Shown here: piece by piece, positions 24,485 through 36,604 of the stretch
Numbering within the stretch: position 1 is the first letter of the stretch
Layout: every line of letters begins with the position of its first letter
NCBI RefSeq assembly: GCF_037042905.1
Contig: NC_087251.1
Location: 47,804,001-47,868,000, forward strand
Reading direction: 5' to 3'
Source of the DNA: Lytechinus pictus
Taxonomy: Eukaryota
Length of the DNA stretch: 64,000 nt
Translations under genes and position numbers: made by a program
The notes under the pieces: generated by a model
Seen by the model: only the letters and a program-made list of their open reading frames with translations
Told to the model about the DNA's origin: nothing
The model's database searches: none

Positions 24485-25385
24485 TTATTTGGCAAGTCAC
24501 CATAACATATATACAGTAGCATTAAAACAACAGGCTTGCACAGGATGACCCACGAAAGCTCGAAAGCTTATTTCCAGAGGGGTCCTCAATATACAGAATT
24601 AAGATAATAAAATGTTAAAATTATACTATTTACATATTAAAAATGAAGAAAAAAAATCAGAATTTACTATTACCAATAAATAAGATATATAGACAATAAA
24701 TAAGATATATACAAGAATATAACGAAGAAGAAGGAGAAAAGAAGGAGAAGGAAGAGGAGGAACAGAAGAAGAGAGGGGACGAGGAGTAGAAGGAGACGGA
24801 AGAAACTGATAACGAAGGGAAATAAATAAGGAGAAGAACAACAGCATAAACGTGACGACAATAACAACAAGAAGAGGAGAATAGGAAGAAATAAAACAAA
24901 TAGAAAGAATAGAAGAAAGGACATATCGAAGCTTCAATCAAACTATGTAAAATACATAATAATACCTAGTAGAGAAGAGAAAAGAACTAGGTCAGTATTC
25001 AGGCTAAATCAACCGTACAACATATCATTTGCATCTTCTTTTTGACTCTCAAGTGAAAGATATTCTTTCAATTTCCTCTTAAAATGCAAAAAGTTTCCTA
25101 TTTCCTTTATATCATTGGGAAGGGAATTCCAATGTTTTATAGCATTGTAATAAAATGAGTTACCAATACTACCTACCCTTTCTGGTAAGCAAAAATTGAA
25201 ATGGCTGTTTCTTGTATTATAGTTATGTATTTCGGTAACTAGATTAAAGTTTGATCCAATGTAATGATTCGATCTATTGTGATAGATTTTATGCACGTGG
25301 TGCAAAATAAGCTGTTTTGATCTTTTGTTGACTTCAAGAAAACCTGCTCCAGAGAGTTCGGTGTAGCCAACATGGCTTCCTTTTG
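24453..25385 (-). mobile_element. 5'-truncated L2/Crack-type LINE (ORF2 C-terminus, 3'UTR, tail)
   Basis: SHVGYTEL...HNYNTRN...SFYYNAIKHWNSLPNDIK...FKRKLKEYL; TC-rich 3'UTR; stem-loop near 24543-24585; AATAAA followed by (AATC)n tail. Confidence 0.82.
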
Positions 25386-27156
25386 CCGGACCAATTTTGC
25401 AGTAATCTCAACACATGGACAAGTTAGTCATATCTTTATCCACCAACCACGAGCTTTATGTGATGAGTAGTAAGATGTATACAGGTATTACAGCTACACA
25501 GCTATCTCTGCTCTGTAAGATGTAAAGTTATCTGACGACGTCGACGGTACCGGTACTTTAGAGTTTGAACGTGGTATACTAATTTGGTTATCCGTGGACG
25601 ACTATGGAACGCCAAGTGATGTCTAAAACCAGCATTTCCACACGAAAACTAAAAAACAGATTTCCCGAAACCATTGACCTGGATAATGCCGAAACTGAAT
25701 CCCAAATTTCCTGAAACTCAGTGGTAGGTGTATTTATTTTCCTGGCATTTTCAATTTTTTTAATGAACAACAATATAGCAAGCTAGAACCTATAGGCCTA
25801 TAATTTTTGTTTTTATTCATACACTTTCTAAAATAAGGGGGGGGGGTCTCCTACACACGCACACACACACACACTAAACAGCGTCTGGGAGAATGAAACA
25901 GAGCCAAAATAAAAGAAAAAAGAAGAGAGGCAAAAAAGGAGAGGGTGGGTTAAAGAAAAAATAATTCTGACGTTTGGGCCCTGCATGAGTCTCATTTATT
26001 CCTCTAAGTTAGTCCCCTGTCTCCTTTGTCGGATTTTGTTTATCTTTATATTTTACATGGATGGACAATTTGCCGAGAAGAATTAAGACAGTGATTCGAT
26101 AGGCGTAAATATAATCAGCGCTCGGATCAGCGCTGCAATCAATCAGTGGCATGATGATTAAAATGAGCCCAGAAAATAAATAGGGGCGATCATCGGAGCC
26201 AATGACACACGGAGCAAAATTTCGAGGATGAAAAAGTCGCGAGCGAAAATGTTGGCCTTTTTTAAATTAAAGTTTAATTTTGTGATAGATTTAGTTGACC
26301 CTATAATCGTGGCACCCCTTTTCAATAAGTTTATTTTCTGACCTTTTCTGTTATTGTGAAACTTATTTTTTCTAGTATATAGACAGGGCCACTACAAATA
26401 GTAAAAATCTGACTTCGATTTTAAACAATATTTTGAAAAGGAAAACCATATCACGTTTTTGAAAGGCGTGCGGCAGTAATCTGAACTTTAAATTTTATAA
26501 TGACTGAACCACCATATCGCTTCACGTAAAGTCACACAGTATATATATATATTAAGTATGTCATCACGTGCATATATATTTTTTTTACTAATGATTTAAG
26601 ATTTTGAAGGAGTATTACAGAAAGCTGTTATTATAACAGCTTTCTGCAATAAACTCCTTAATACAAGTTATTTTGTTTATGTACTTGCACTGGGGAATCC
26701 AGGGCCGGCGCGATCGATGTGCCCCCCCTCCCCTTGAGAGGCATAATAAGAAAGTGTAATGTAAATTTGGCATTCTAACACAAGTGTGCACCGTTTTTTC
26801 TCTTTTTTTTTTGCTTGTCAAATTTTCTGTGGACGAAATTACCTGAAATTTTGGGTAAAATTAAACCATTTTTTTGCTAACTAATGAAACAATCTTGAAT
26901 CTTGCATGAAGTCTATCATAGCTTCAGGGATAAGAACTTTGGAAGCTATCGGATTTGGCAAACAACGAATCGACCTTAACCTTTCAGTCACCAACAGAGA
27001 TGTCCTCAGTCTCCATCGCTTTGCAAACAGATCGATATAGATAATTTAAAGCTCTGTCAGATTTATCAAAGAATTAAGTGGTTTAAGAAAGTCCCATGTG
27101 TTTTTTTTTTCTTTGCTCTAGAGGTTACACTTATTTCCCTGTTGTTTGGCCTGGTT

Positions 27157-28420
27157 CAGTGGCGTAACTACGGGGGGGGGGGTATGGGGGGCACGTGCCC
27201 CCTCCCCCCAATCGTCTGGCAAAAAAACGGGGAAAAGGAGAAAAAGAGGAAGAAAGGAAAAGAAACGTATGTTATGTTACTGTATATTACATGAGAAACA
27301 TTTTTTTCATAACTTTATTAAACATAATTTGCTCAGGGCCTATAGTTCCTGGTGCTCGCATTGTCTGTTTAACTATATTTAATAGATTAAATATTTTTTC
27401 GGAACACTACAGTTTTCAAGCATATTAAAGAGACCTCAGACGTCAAATCAAGTCAATATACATCAAATATATTTCCTCGCACTTCGAGTTTTTATTGTTT
27501 TATGTAGTGACATAATATGCTTCTTTTTCGGACTATTTAAAGTGATTGCCCCATTTTAAGGTCTCAATGTAAAACATTTCCTGTCCATGCTTACGTTCGC
27601 ATTAGTGGATTGGTGAGATATGTCTGCTCTTCATGAGTCCCTTTTTCTGATCTGAATATCAAAAATTTTCAGCTCGCGCATCGCGCTTGAAATACGTATA
27701 GTCTTAATTGTGAATTCATACAAACAAGTCTTTAAATGCTCCTCTTCAGGCAGGTCTGAATTTCCAAAATTTTCAGCTCGCGCTCGCAATATTCGATTAT
27801 AGTGAGGTGCGTATATGATTACAATATACTACAAGTGCTTCCTGTGTTTAGATGTAATTCTAACATAATCAGCAAGCGCTTGGCACTCGCATTAGATGAC
27901 TATGGTGAGATATGTATACTAGACTTAATTGATTCCTTTTGGGGTCAATATATACAAAAGTTCCAGGTCGCGCTTCACGCTCGTATTGTTTGTTTAGCGA
28001 GACAGGTACGTATCATGAGAACAAAAAATTGCTTATATAATGTCCCTTTTAGGTCTGAATATAAAAAATGTCGTGCTTTGCGCTCAATGATTTTTTTATC
28101 AGTAAGATACATAAACATTTAATGGCACTGGCACTGTCCTTAAAACGTCTCTATTATAGGTCAGTATATATACCTGACAACTGAGCGCATTTCGCGCGCT
28201 CTCTATATACCGTGTTTACACTTAATCGGCATTTGCATCGGCTCGCGGTTCTGAACCGCGAGCTGTAACAACGTGTAAACGCAATCCAAATGCCGATTCT
28301 GCATCGGTATTTGGTTCTGAACCAAATGCCGATTAAATGTAAACACGGTATAAGTGACTCAAATTTTTTGCTGGTGCCCGGCCCCCCCCCCCAATGCCCC
28401 CGACCCACGGTACGCCACTT
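27157..28420. mobile_element. Non-autonomous hAT element
   Basis: CAGTGGCGTA ... TACGCCACTT ends with perfect 8-bp TSD GCCTGGTT; repeated GCTCGCGC motifs. Confidence 0.85.
28210..28348. mobile_element. Nested palindromic MITE with TA TSD
   Basis: TA|CCGTGTTTACACTTAATCGGCATTTG ... CAAATGCCGATTAAATGTAAACACGG|TA. Confidence 0.8.
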
Positions 28421-29068
28421 GCCTGGTTATTTGGCTTCCACCATCAGTCGCCCCCAATTAATTGCGGGGGGGGGGGAGATTTTACCCGCTCCCTAGGCAA
28501 GGACAATAACATTTAACAAACAAATGCTCTACAATGCCAACTTCATCATGAAAAAAAAAATTAGGTCGCTGCCAATCCTCGTATATCGTAGAATAAGAGG
28601 GGCATATATAGTGCATTAAAAATACCCCCCCCCCCTCCACCGCTGTATTTTATCTTTCATCTTTTTCATGGGCATCAAAATTTTACTGTTATTTAGAATG
28701 GCTGTCAGGTTGTGTCGCATGTAGTACATTCTAATATTTCTGTTTTGCAAAATACATGACAATCAAGTGAAGTATTAGTACCATGCAGAACTTAATTTAT
28801 TTCAATGAGGCGTGATGAGATTTCATCAATGAACATTATCTATATGATCTATTCTCACTTTGGCGTTTCATAAAAATAAGAAAAGAGTGGTGACTGTTCT
28901 CAGAACTACAGCCATGCAATTTTAATGAATTTAGTTATTGCGATCGATAGCGCGAGAACGCAATCCGATCTTGCATTTACGTAACATATCTATACTTCAA
29001 TCAACGGGATCGGGATTAACATAACGGTGAATTTGTTTTATAAATAAGGAGTCAATCAGCTAGTAATC

Positions 29069-29179
29069 ATGTCGAATGCATTTCGATACTTTCTCTCCAT
29101 TGGTATAATGGGAGGAAGTGTGTTTGGTGGATGGGTCTTGATGAAAACTGTCACGCCAGATACTGAAGAGCTTGTAAAG
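29069..29179 (+). CDS. UQCC3: Ubiquinol-cytochrome c reductase complex assembly factor 3 (Cbp4-like), exon 1
   Basis: MSNAFRYFLSIGIMGGSVFGGWVLMKTVTPDTEELVK then GTAAGC donor; Gly-rich TM helix followed by VTP as in human UQCC3. Confidence 0.8.
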
Positions 29180-29252
29180 GTAAGCCGGTGTATCGCAGCT
29201 CGCGCGCTCACGGGTCTGACTGCCGGACCTTTGCCCTCGCCAGACCGACCCT

Positions 29253-31217
29253 GCCCGGCGGCGAAATTATTTTTCCCACCGAGTTCTGGACCAACATATG
29301 AATATTCATGACTTGCGTCTTCGGATTGAGAGTACGCATGCGCGTGGACTTGCCCTCGACCAGTGCCGATCGTAAGCATTCACGTTGCTCAGAATGAATT
29401 AGCATCGTCAAATTACCGGTACCCTTATATGCTTAGATCTATATATACATCCAATTCTTAAACACTTATCAAACTAGCTGCCATTAATGGCAAGACATGT
29501 GCTAGGGTAGGGCTAGCTTAGGCTAGCGCATTAACTTTACCTCAAATCTGGACCTGTCTAATGCCTAATACTAATAGGAATAGCCGACTAATGCCATGGT
29601 TAACTTCGAACTTGTTAATTCCGAACTTTACGTTTGATTAGGTTTGGACCAATATTAGCTTATTTATCATGGTTTAATATGTCTAGTCCGTATACAGAAC
29701 CAGTCCTAGATCTAAAAAAAAATTCTTAGTTCTAGTCTAGTCTCTAGATCTAGACTCTGATCTACGCGCTATCAGCATGGAACCACAAGTGTACCAAAGG
29801 GGGGGGGGGCAGACTGCCCCCCTGACGAGTCACAACTGATCCAGGGGACGTGCCCCCCCCTTGAGAAGCCAAATTAATAATTTGTAATGTCAAAATGCAA
29901 CGAAAAAAAAAGACGTATGTCCCCTCTTTTGAACTTGAAGATCTTTTTTTTTTTCTTGTCAAATTTTTTTCAGCTACGAAATCCTTAATTTTGGGTGAAG
30001 ACGGGGATCAAGATCACTGACGTTAATTTGTGCCTGACGTTAGAATACGTTCCATGCACGCACTGGTGTACCTAGGATTTTCCAAAAGGGGGGCAAATTT
30101 TTTAGAGGATATTTCGTCCGCGAAAAAATGTGACAAGCCTCCCCCCCCCAAAAAAAAAAGATAGATATTTTGCTTTAGGTTTTACTTCTCAGCGAGAAAG
30201 CATAGCGAGCAAGCGGTTTTGAAAAAAAAAATAATTCTGAAGTTGTAAAACTTGATTTATGGTCAATTATGGGGCTAATCATTGTTGAAATTTCCTTGCG
30301 CGATGTTGCCAGCGCGAATCACCAGCTCAAACTTCTTGACATGTCGTGTAATAAGACATGGAAATTATTTTATTCTGAGCTGGTTTTGTAATCATGAAAA
30401 AGATGTGTATCTAACTAAAAAATAACTTTGCGCTCGCTAATTCTTTTTATATACTGACCAGTAAAGGAAGCAGTTAATTAAGCAGTTAATTACTGCATTT
30501 TAAATAAGATACATAACTCACCAATAAAAAATAATGCGAGCGCAAAGCGCGAACTCAAAAATTTGTGATATTCCAACCTACGCATGCGCGTGGACTTGGC
30601 CTCGACCAGTACCAGTGCCGATCGTAAGCATTCACGTTGCTCAGAATGAATTAGCATCGTCAAATTACCGGTACCCTTACATAGTTACATAGGTCTTATA
30701 GGCTTAGATCTATATAGGCTAGCGCATTAACTTTACCTCAAATCTGGACCTGTCTAATTAATGCCTAGTACTAATCAGTGTTGTAGTGCCTTGATGCTCG
30801 GCCTTGCATGGCCTTAAGGCACCTTGTCGGAATTAACAAGTTCGAAGTTAACCATGGCATTAGTCGGCTATTCCTATTAGTATTAGGAATTAGACAGGTC
30901 CAGATTTGAGGTAAAGTTAATGCGCTAGCCTAAGCTAGCCCTACCCTAGCACATGTCTTGCCATTAATGGCAGCTAGTTTGATAAGTGTTTAAGAATTGG
31001 ATGTATATATAGATCTAAGCCTATAAGGCCTATGTAACTATGTAAGGGTACCGGTAATTTGACGATGCTAATTCATTCTGAGCAACGTGAATGCTTACGA
31101 TCGGCACTGGTCGAGGCCAAGTCCACGCGCATGCGTACTCTCAATCCGAAGACGCAAGTCATGAATATTCATATGTTGGTCCAGAACTCGGTGGGAAAAA
31201 TAATTTCGCTGCCCGGC
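29253..31217. repeat. Long inverted repeat with a third partial copy
   Basis: 29253-29623 is the reverse complement of ~30828-31217; ~30579-30775 is a deleted direct copy of the first arm. Confidence 0.9.
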
Positions 31218-31510
31218 GCGGCCGCCAGTGCCGAGGGCCTCACAATCACAGCTGCAGCCCAGGCAGGATCTACCTGTCTTACAAAGCTATTTTGAAATTA
31301 TTTCATCACAGAGCTAGCCTTGTTCTGATTGTCTATTTTACTGTATTGTACACTTCTAATTTAATTTCTACAATTCTAGACATTTTTTATTGAAATTCTT
31401 GAACTTGAAGAAAACGAAATTTATGCCTGGTGAGGTAATCGGGGGGGGGGGGGGGGTCTGTTATTAGACTAGATCTATTCATTCTTTTTGCCAACTGAAC
31501 TTGGCAAAGT

Positions 31511-33215
31511 CTTTACCTTGATTTTACCTTGATGTTGGGCATAAAGTATAGGAGACTTATTTGCCCCTCTGCATCTTCTTAGAACTTGTCCTCAGTTATA
31601 AACATAACAATTTCACATGCATGTGTGGGTTTGGACGATTTGTGAAAAATTCAGTGTCTGGGTCGAAGCGATTGTACTTGGTTTTCCAGGCCTTCTCTAA
31701 ATTTGATTTGAATGAATTAATACTGCTACTGTTCACGACCTCAGAAGGTAGGTCATTCCATAGATTGATTACTCGTTGCGAGAAATCGTGTTGCCTGAGT
31801 GTTGATTGTGCTCTTAACTTAATTATTTTTCTAGAATGTCCTCTTGTCCGAGATTGAGTGTCAAGTTTGAAGAAATTTGCACAGTCCAAATCATCTATGC
31901 CCTGAATAATCTTAAACGTTTGGATCATATCCGCTCTGTTTCTCCTATAGGATAACGTTGGTAGATTTAGTTTCTTCAGTCGTTCCATATAGCTCAAGTT
32001 CTTCAGATGTGGAATTAGCTTGGTTGCTCTACGTTGGATTTTTTCCAGTTTTATGATGTCTTTCTTGAGATAGGGGTGCCATACACTACTGCAGTATTCT
32101 AAAGATGGTCGTATGATTGACTTGTAAAGTTGAACCAGACCTCTTTCATCCAAGTTTGAGAAAGTTCTCTTGATAAGTCCTAAAAGGCGGTTTGCTTTGG
32201 CACAAGCTTTGATCACATGTTTAGAAAATTGCAAATTGTTATCAAAGGTTACTCCCAGGTCGTTTTCCTCAGTCACTTTTGGAATTACAGAAGTGTCATC
32301 TGGTACTAGTAGGTAGCTCATACCTGGATTTTTTCTTCCAATAGACATTACTTTGCATTTCTTCTGGTTGAAGGTTAACTGCCAGTCTCCTGCCCACGAC
32401 GAAAGGTTGAACAAATCATCCTGTAGGCTTACGTTATCATCTTCGTCACGGCGGGGTGCATACAGTTTTGTGTCATCTGCAAATAATTTGACTACAGAGT
32501 TCTTAGAAATCACATCCGGAAGATCATTGATGAAGACAATAAAGAGGGTAGGGCCGATAACACTACCTTGAGGAATTCCACTGGTCACCTCACATTCCTT
32601 GGACAGTGCTCCATCTACTATCACCCTTTGTTTGCGATCAGAGAGAAACGCTTTAATCCATGTCCATACTTTTCCTTGAATTCCATATCCTTGTACTTTT
32701 GCGAGGAGTCTAATATGGGGAACACTATCAAACGCTTTGCGGTAGTCCAGGTAAATGCAATCGACTATATCCTTTGCATCAAGGGCAGTACTCCAATCAT
32801 TTGTGACTTCCAGTAGTTGGGTAGTACAAGATCTTCCTTTCCTGAACCCGTGTTGATGAGGCGTTAGTAGGTTATTGGATTCTAAGTGATCCAATATCTG
32901 ATCCCTAACAATTGTTTCCATAATCTTACAAACAACACTTGTAAGACTTACAGGTCGATAATTCTCTGGAACATTTTTCGGTCCCTTTTTGTGAATGGGT
33001 ACCACGTTAGCAGAGCGCCACAAGTCAGGGATCTGTCCTGTAATCATTGAGGTGGTGAAAATATCTACCAATACTGGGGCTACCATCTCCTGTAATTCCT
33101 TCAAGATCCTAATATGAATTCCATCAGGACCTGGAGATTTGTCTTGGTCCAGACGTCTTAGTATTTTAATTATAGCTGGACTGTCTATGTGGATATCAAC
33201 TAAGGGATCCACGAA
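31511..33215 (-). mobile_element. 5'-truncated CR1-clade LINE in the UQCC3 intron
   Basis: Open RT frame, short 3'UTR and duplicated ATCAAGGTAAA tail unit at ~31512-31534; no TSD seen. Confidence 0.92.
31596..33212 (-). CDS. CR1 ORF2 reverse transcriptase domain (N-truncated, no endonuclease)
   Basis: 538 aa with KSPGPDGI, NYRPVSLTS, QHGFR, YLDYRKAFDSV, GIPQGSVIGP, FADDTK, TRGHSRK, WNDLP; no internal stop. Confidence 0.93.
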   Translation of the reverse strand: MDPLVDIHIDSPAIIKILRRLDQDKSPGPDGIHIRILKELQEMVAPVLVDIFTTSMITGQIPDLWRSANVVPIHKKGPKNVPENYRPVSLTSVVCKIMETIVRDQILDHLESNNLLTPHQHGFRKGRSCTTQLLEVTNDWSTALDAKDIVDCIYLDYRKAFDSVPHIRLLAKVQGYGIQGKVWTWIKAFLSDRKQRVIVDGALSKECEVTSGIPQGSVIGPTLFIVFINDLPDVISKNSVVKLFADDTKLYAPRRDEDDNVSLQDDLFNLSSWAGDWQLTFNQKKCKVMSIGRKNPGMSYLLVPDDTSVIPKVTEENDLGVTFDNNLQFSKHVIKACAKANRLLGLIKRTFSNLDERGLVQLYKSIIRPSLEYCSSVWHPYLKKDIIKLEKIQRRATKLIPHLKNLSYMERLKKLNLPTLSYRRNRADMIQTFKIIQGIDDLDCANFFKLDTQSRTRGHSRKIIKLRAQSTLRQHDFSQRVINLWNDLPSEVVNSSSINSFKSNLEKAWKTKYNRFDPDTEFFTNRPNPHMHVKLLCL

Positions 33216-33609
33216 GCATCTGGATCAAAAGCTCATATCATTGATCAAAAGCTCATATATTCCAGTCTGTTTCTGGTAGGTTTCTCAACTCCTCCCCCCC
33301 CCCAAAAAAAAAAGAAGTTAATTCACAGTTTCGTGATCCGAAGTTAGGTTATATTACCTGTCATGGATTAAAAAAAAAAACATCTGCAGGTTTTTCATTC
33401 ACACTTCATGAGATTGAAAACATAGACCAAAAGCAAGTTCATTCTTTAAATCTCTCTGTAATTTGTACTGATCTATGCAGACATTTTGATCATGGTGATG
33501 GTAGACAAATGTCAGAAATGTTTCAATAAATCCCCATAGATATTTTGTCTAACCAAGATATTCAAAATAGTCTATTTAGTCTTCACATGTTCTTTTCTTT
33601 CACTCTCAG

Positions 33610-33735
33610 CGGCTTCCGGAAGCAGATCCAGAGAAAATGGCAGAGTCGAGACAAAGGACTAAAGATCTTGTGGCAGCACTGAAAGCAGCATCAGAAAGTC
33701 CCCATCCAATATACCAAGATGTGAAAAGAGAGTGA
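33610..33735 (+). CDS. UQCC3: UQCC3-like exon 2
   Basis: Strong pyrimidine tract then cAG; RLPEADPEKMAESRQRTKDLVAALKAASESPHPIYQDVKRE-stop, in phase 0 with exon 1; 78 aa total. Confidence 0.8.
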   Translation, partial: RLPEADPEKMAESRQRTKDLVAALKAASESPHPIYQDVKRE

Positions 33736-34190
33736 AACATGAGGAAAGACTCTAAACAGAAAATGAACTTAAATTGAAAGATAGCTACTGTCTTCATTGC
33801 AGGGAGCAAGGTCTTGAAGATCAGATGCTTATTTTCAGATTTGGCATGAATCTGTGATGATTATCCTGGACCCGGGAAAAGTGATATTTTGAAATACTAC
33901 AAGCCATGTTACAGATTTCATTATCCACTTGGTGTCATGACTGTCATCATATGCCTTGTATGAAACCTCAGTGATCCAATGCTCAATTTTGGTTATGTAG
34001 AACCAATTGTTCCCCTTCAAATTATTTCGGGTCTCCATGCATATAAGTCTTAGTTTGTATCTGTCAGTACATGCAGAACTAAGAAGACAAAATTTGTGAG
34101 ATGAAGGATTTATATTTGTGAGCTGGCAAATCCTAATTATTTTGGAGCCATCATCAAATTCAATTTAAATTCAACTTTGCTTTTTAAGGA

Positions 34191-34196
34191 AATAAA
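34191..34196 (+). terminator. Candidate poly(A) signal of the UQCC3-like gene
   Basis: AATAAA followed by GT-rich TGTTTGTGTGTGTG ~20 nt downstream; second AATAAA at 34442. Confidence 0.5.
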
Positions 34197-36604
34197 ACTT
34201 CAAACTGAACATGTTTGTGTGTGTGGGGGTAAATGAATATGGATACTTTACATTGAGTGGTAGTTCATCAAAGAGTTAATTTAATTTCTGCTCTTGTGTT
34301 TGACTGTTTGAAAAATATGTAATTTGAATAATCGGTATTAATTTTCATCAATCCATGCAACATGAATTATCATTTTGGTGTATCATCAAAGCGTACTTTC
34401 TATACAAGGCATTCGCTCATGATTAATTTATTACTAAGAAGAATAAAGGTTTTTCAAAATTATTTGCTTTCAAAAGACCCTAGATATTTACGACAATTTC
34501 GTACATGAATCAGCTTTAATTTCTTGCATACAAATGTGCTAAGTATGCTATACTTACTGTATGTCATCTGGATGATAACTAAACAAATTAATGAATTGAA
34601 TCATAGAAGTGTTAATTGATTTAGGTGGATTTGTGTTCATAAAAATTCAAGAAAAGAGCTTTAGAATCTATCTGAGGTGTAACTAGCAGAGTAGCTGACA
34701 CACTTTAGATCTTGGCTGATTTATCACCAGATTTTCAGCATACAGTGTTAGTGTAAGTGATATTACGCTGAGCAAGGAGAGATTAGTTTGATGTAATGGT
34801 CACAGGGAAAATATCACTTATATTTCTGGTTTTAAATTGTGGACATTTGGATTACTAAAATGTCATCTAAAGGTTGTGAGTTGTCAAGAGAAATGTTCCT
34901 AATTGTAAGTCTGTCAATTTTAGATAGTTTTTTTTTTTTTACTTCAGATTAAAATTATGATCTAGTCATTAATCAATGGCTCTATGTCTAAGATACTATT
35001 GACATTTCAAATTTTCACCTTTGCCACCTGCTAGGTAGCACAAAGGCTCACAATCCATTGCAAAATGGGAATGACCAATCAAAATCATAGTTGCAATTTA
35101 TTATTTGCATATAGTTTAATATACCAACTATCAACTTACAAAATTATGTTTGAAATTTCAAATGATATTGTCTTATTGGGCCTAGTTCTAAAAGATTGAC
35201 AAAGGCTTTTCTTAAAAAAAAAAAAAAATGTTTTCTTGATTTTCCAAATATGTTTGAACAGCTTTTTTGGGTAGGATATATTTTTAATACATACATTTGG
35301 GGGAGGGGTGGTGCAATGGTATTACAGCATTAGAATATTTGATTTTGTAAACTTGTCCTTATTGGAATGTCGACCTCAAGTATTTTGTTGATTATGCTTG
35401 AAGTAATTGGAAATATTAAATATCAAATGTTTTCAGAATATCTCATCTAGTCCATTTTTTACAGGTATTATTTTCTTCATCAAGTTGATAATGATTCACA
35501 AGACAGCATAGAAAGACAGATTTGACTAGTATAGGATCTAGATGGAAGAGAGTAAAAAGGAGGGGATGCGGTGGAGGGGACATCAGTTTTTGTCGGATAA
35601 TAATCGTGTCCCAGGAATTTCTTCAAGTGAAAATGGTGAAAAGTTATAAAACTTCCTTGACAAGTATTTTTTACTCGTAATCTGTGTGGAAAATTGAGTT
35701 ATAAATTGTGGGGAAAATCACCACCAATGACTTCAAAATATTTTAATTGTCTCGCCACTTGTATACAGATAGGTGAGGGAGCTCTGATCCCAAAACATTC
35801 CATGGTGAAAAAAAAAGAGAAAGGGAAAGAAAGTGTGGGGTTGGGTTGGGGATAATACTAGTCTTAAGGGGGAAATAAATGTTCAACTGAAGAAGGAAAT
35901 AGGAAGCTCAATCATACACATCAAACAGAAGCAAACGGAACGGAGAGGAGAAGATGGAACTTAACTATGAAGACACAGGAACAAAATTGAACTTAACTCG
36001 ATGAAGTCTGGTAGTGCACTGCATTATTTGCTGGGCTTCCTTGCCTCAGTAAAACTCATACAAAATTAGCATATATTCAAATTACACAAAATCAACCAAT
36101 GAAAATAAAGAGAATGGAGAAGCCAACTGAAAGTGGAAAAGTCTAATTCATAAAAATAACCAATAAGAGATAGAGGATGGAGATGAATAAGATATTGGGA
36201 TGATTACATAATAAGAATGTTGAACAAAAGAATCAGATGTGGGAATGTAATGAATGAACACATCTGAATAGGAAAGGAATGACAGGAGAAGCAGGTTGAA
36301 AGTCAAAAGTAAATGGATGACAACAGAAGCATGAAGAAAGTAAACAAAGCTGAACTAAATACCACAGCTTGAACTGTAAATAACTAAACTATTAAAGGAA
36401 ACCAAATGTCAAAATAACAGTCCTACAAAATGAATAGGTGGAAATTTCAAAATATAAACATTTACTTGATGAATATTATGTCGAAATCTATCACAAAATG
36501 AGATTTTCTTAAAAGGCCAAAAATTTTGCTCGCTCGTGACTTTTTAGAAATATTTTTCCCACATACGACATTATGTTGTGACCCTCTAAATTTATGGCTC
36601 ATTA

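Noticed and set aside
24626..24941. Three overlapping hydrophobic ORFs
   Set aside because: Artefact of the low-complexity TC-rich LINE 3'UTR.
29056..31393. Duplicated ORF pairs (MLTIGTGRG..., MTMLIHSEQ...) as paralogous small genes
   Set aside because: They arise from the intronic inverted repeat, diverge where the arms end and show no recognisable protein features.
31596..33212. RT as a domesticated gene or a retron/DGR-type system
   Set aside because: Typical CR1 ORF2 C-terminal part with 3'UTR and tail, 5'-truncated, starting at GTG, with no accessory genes.
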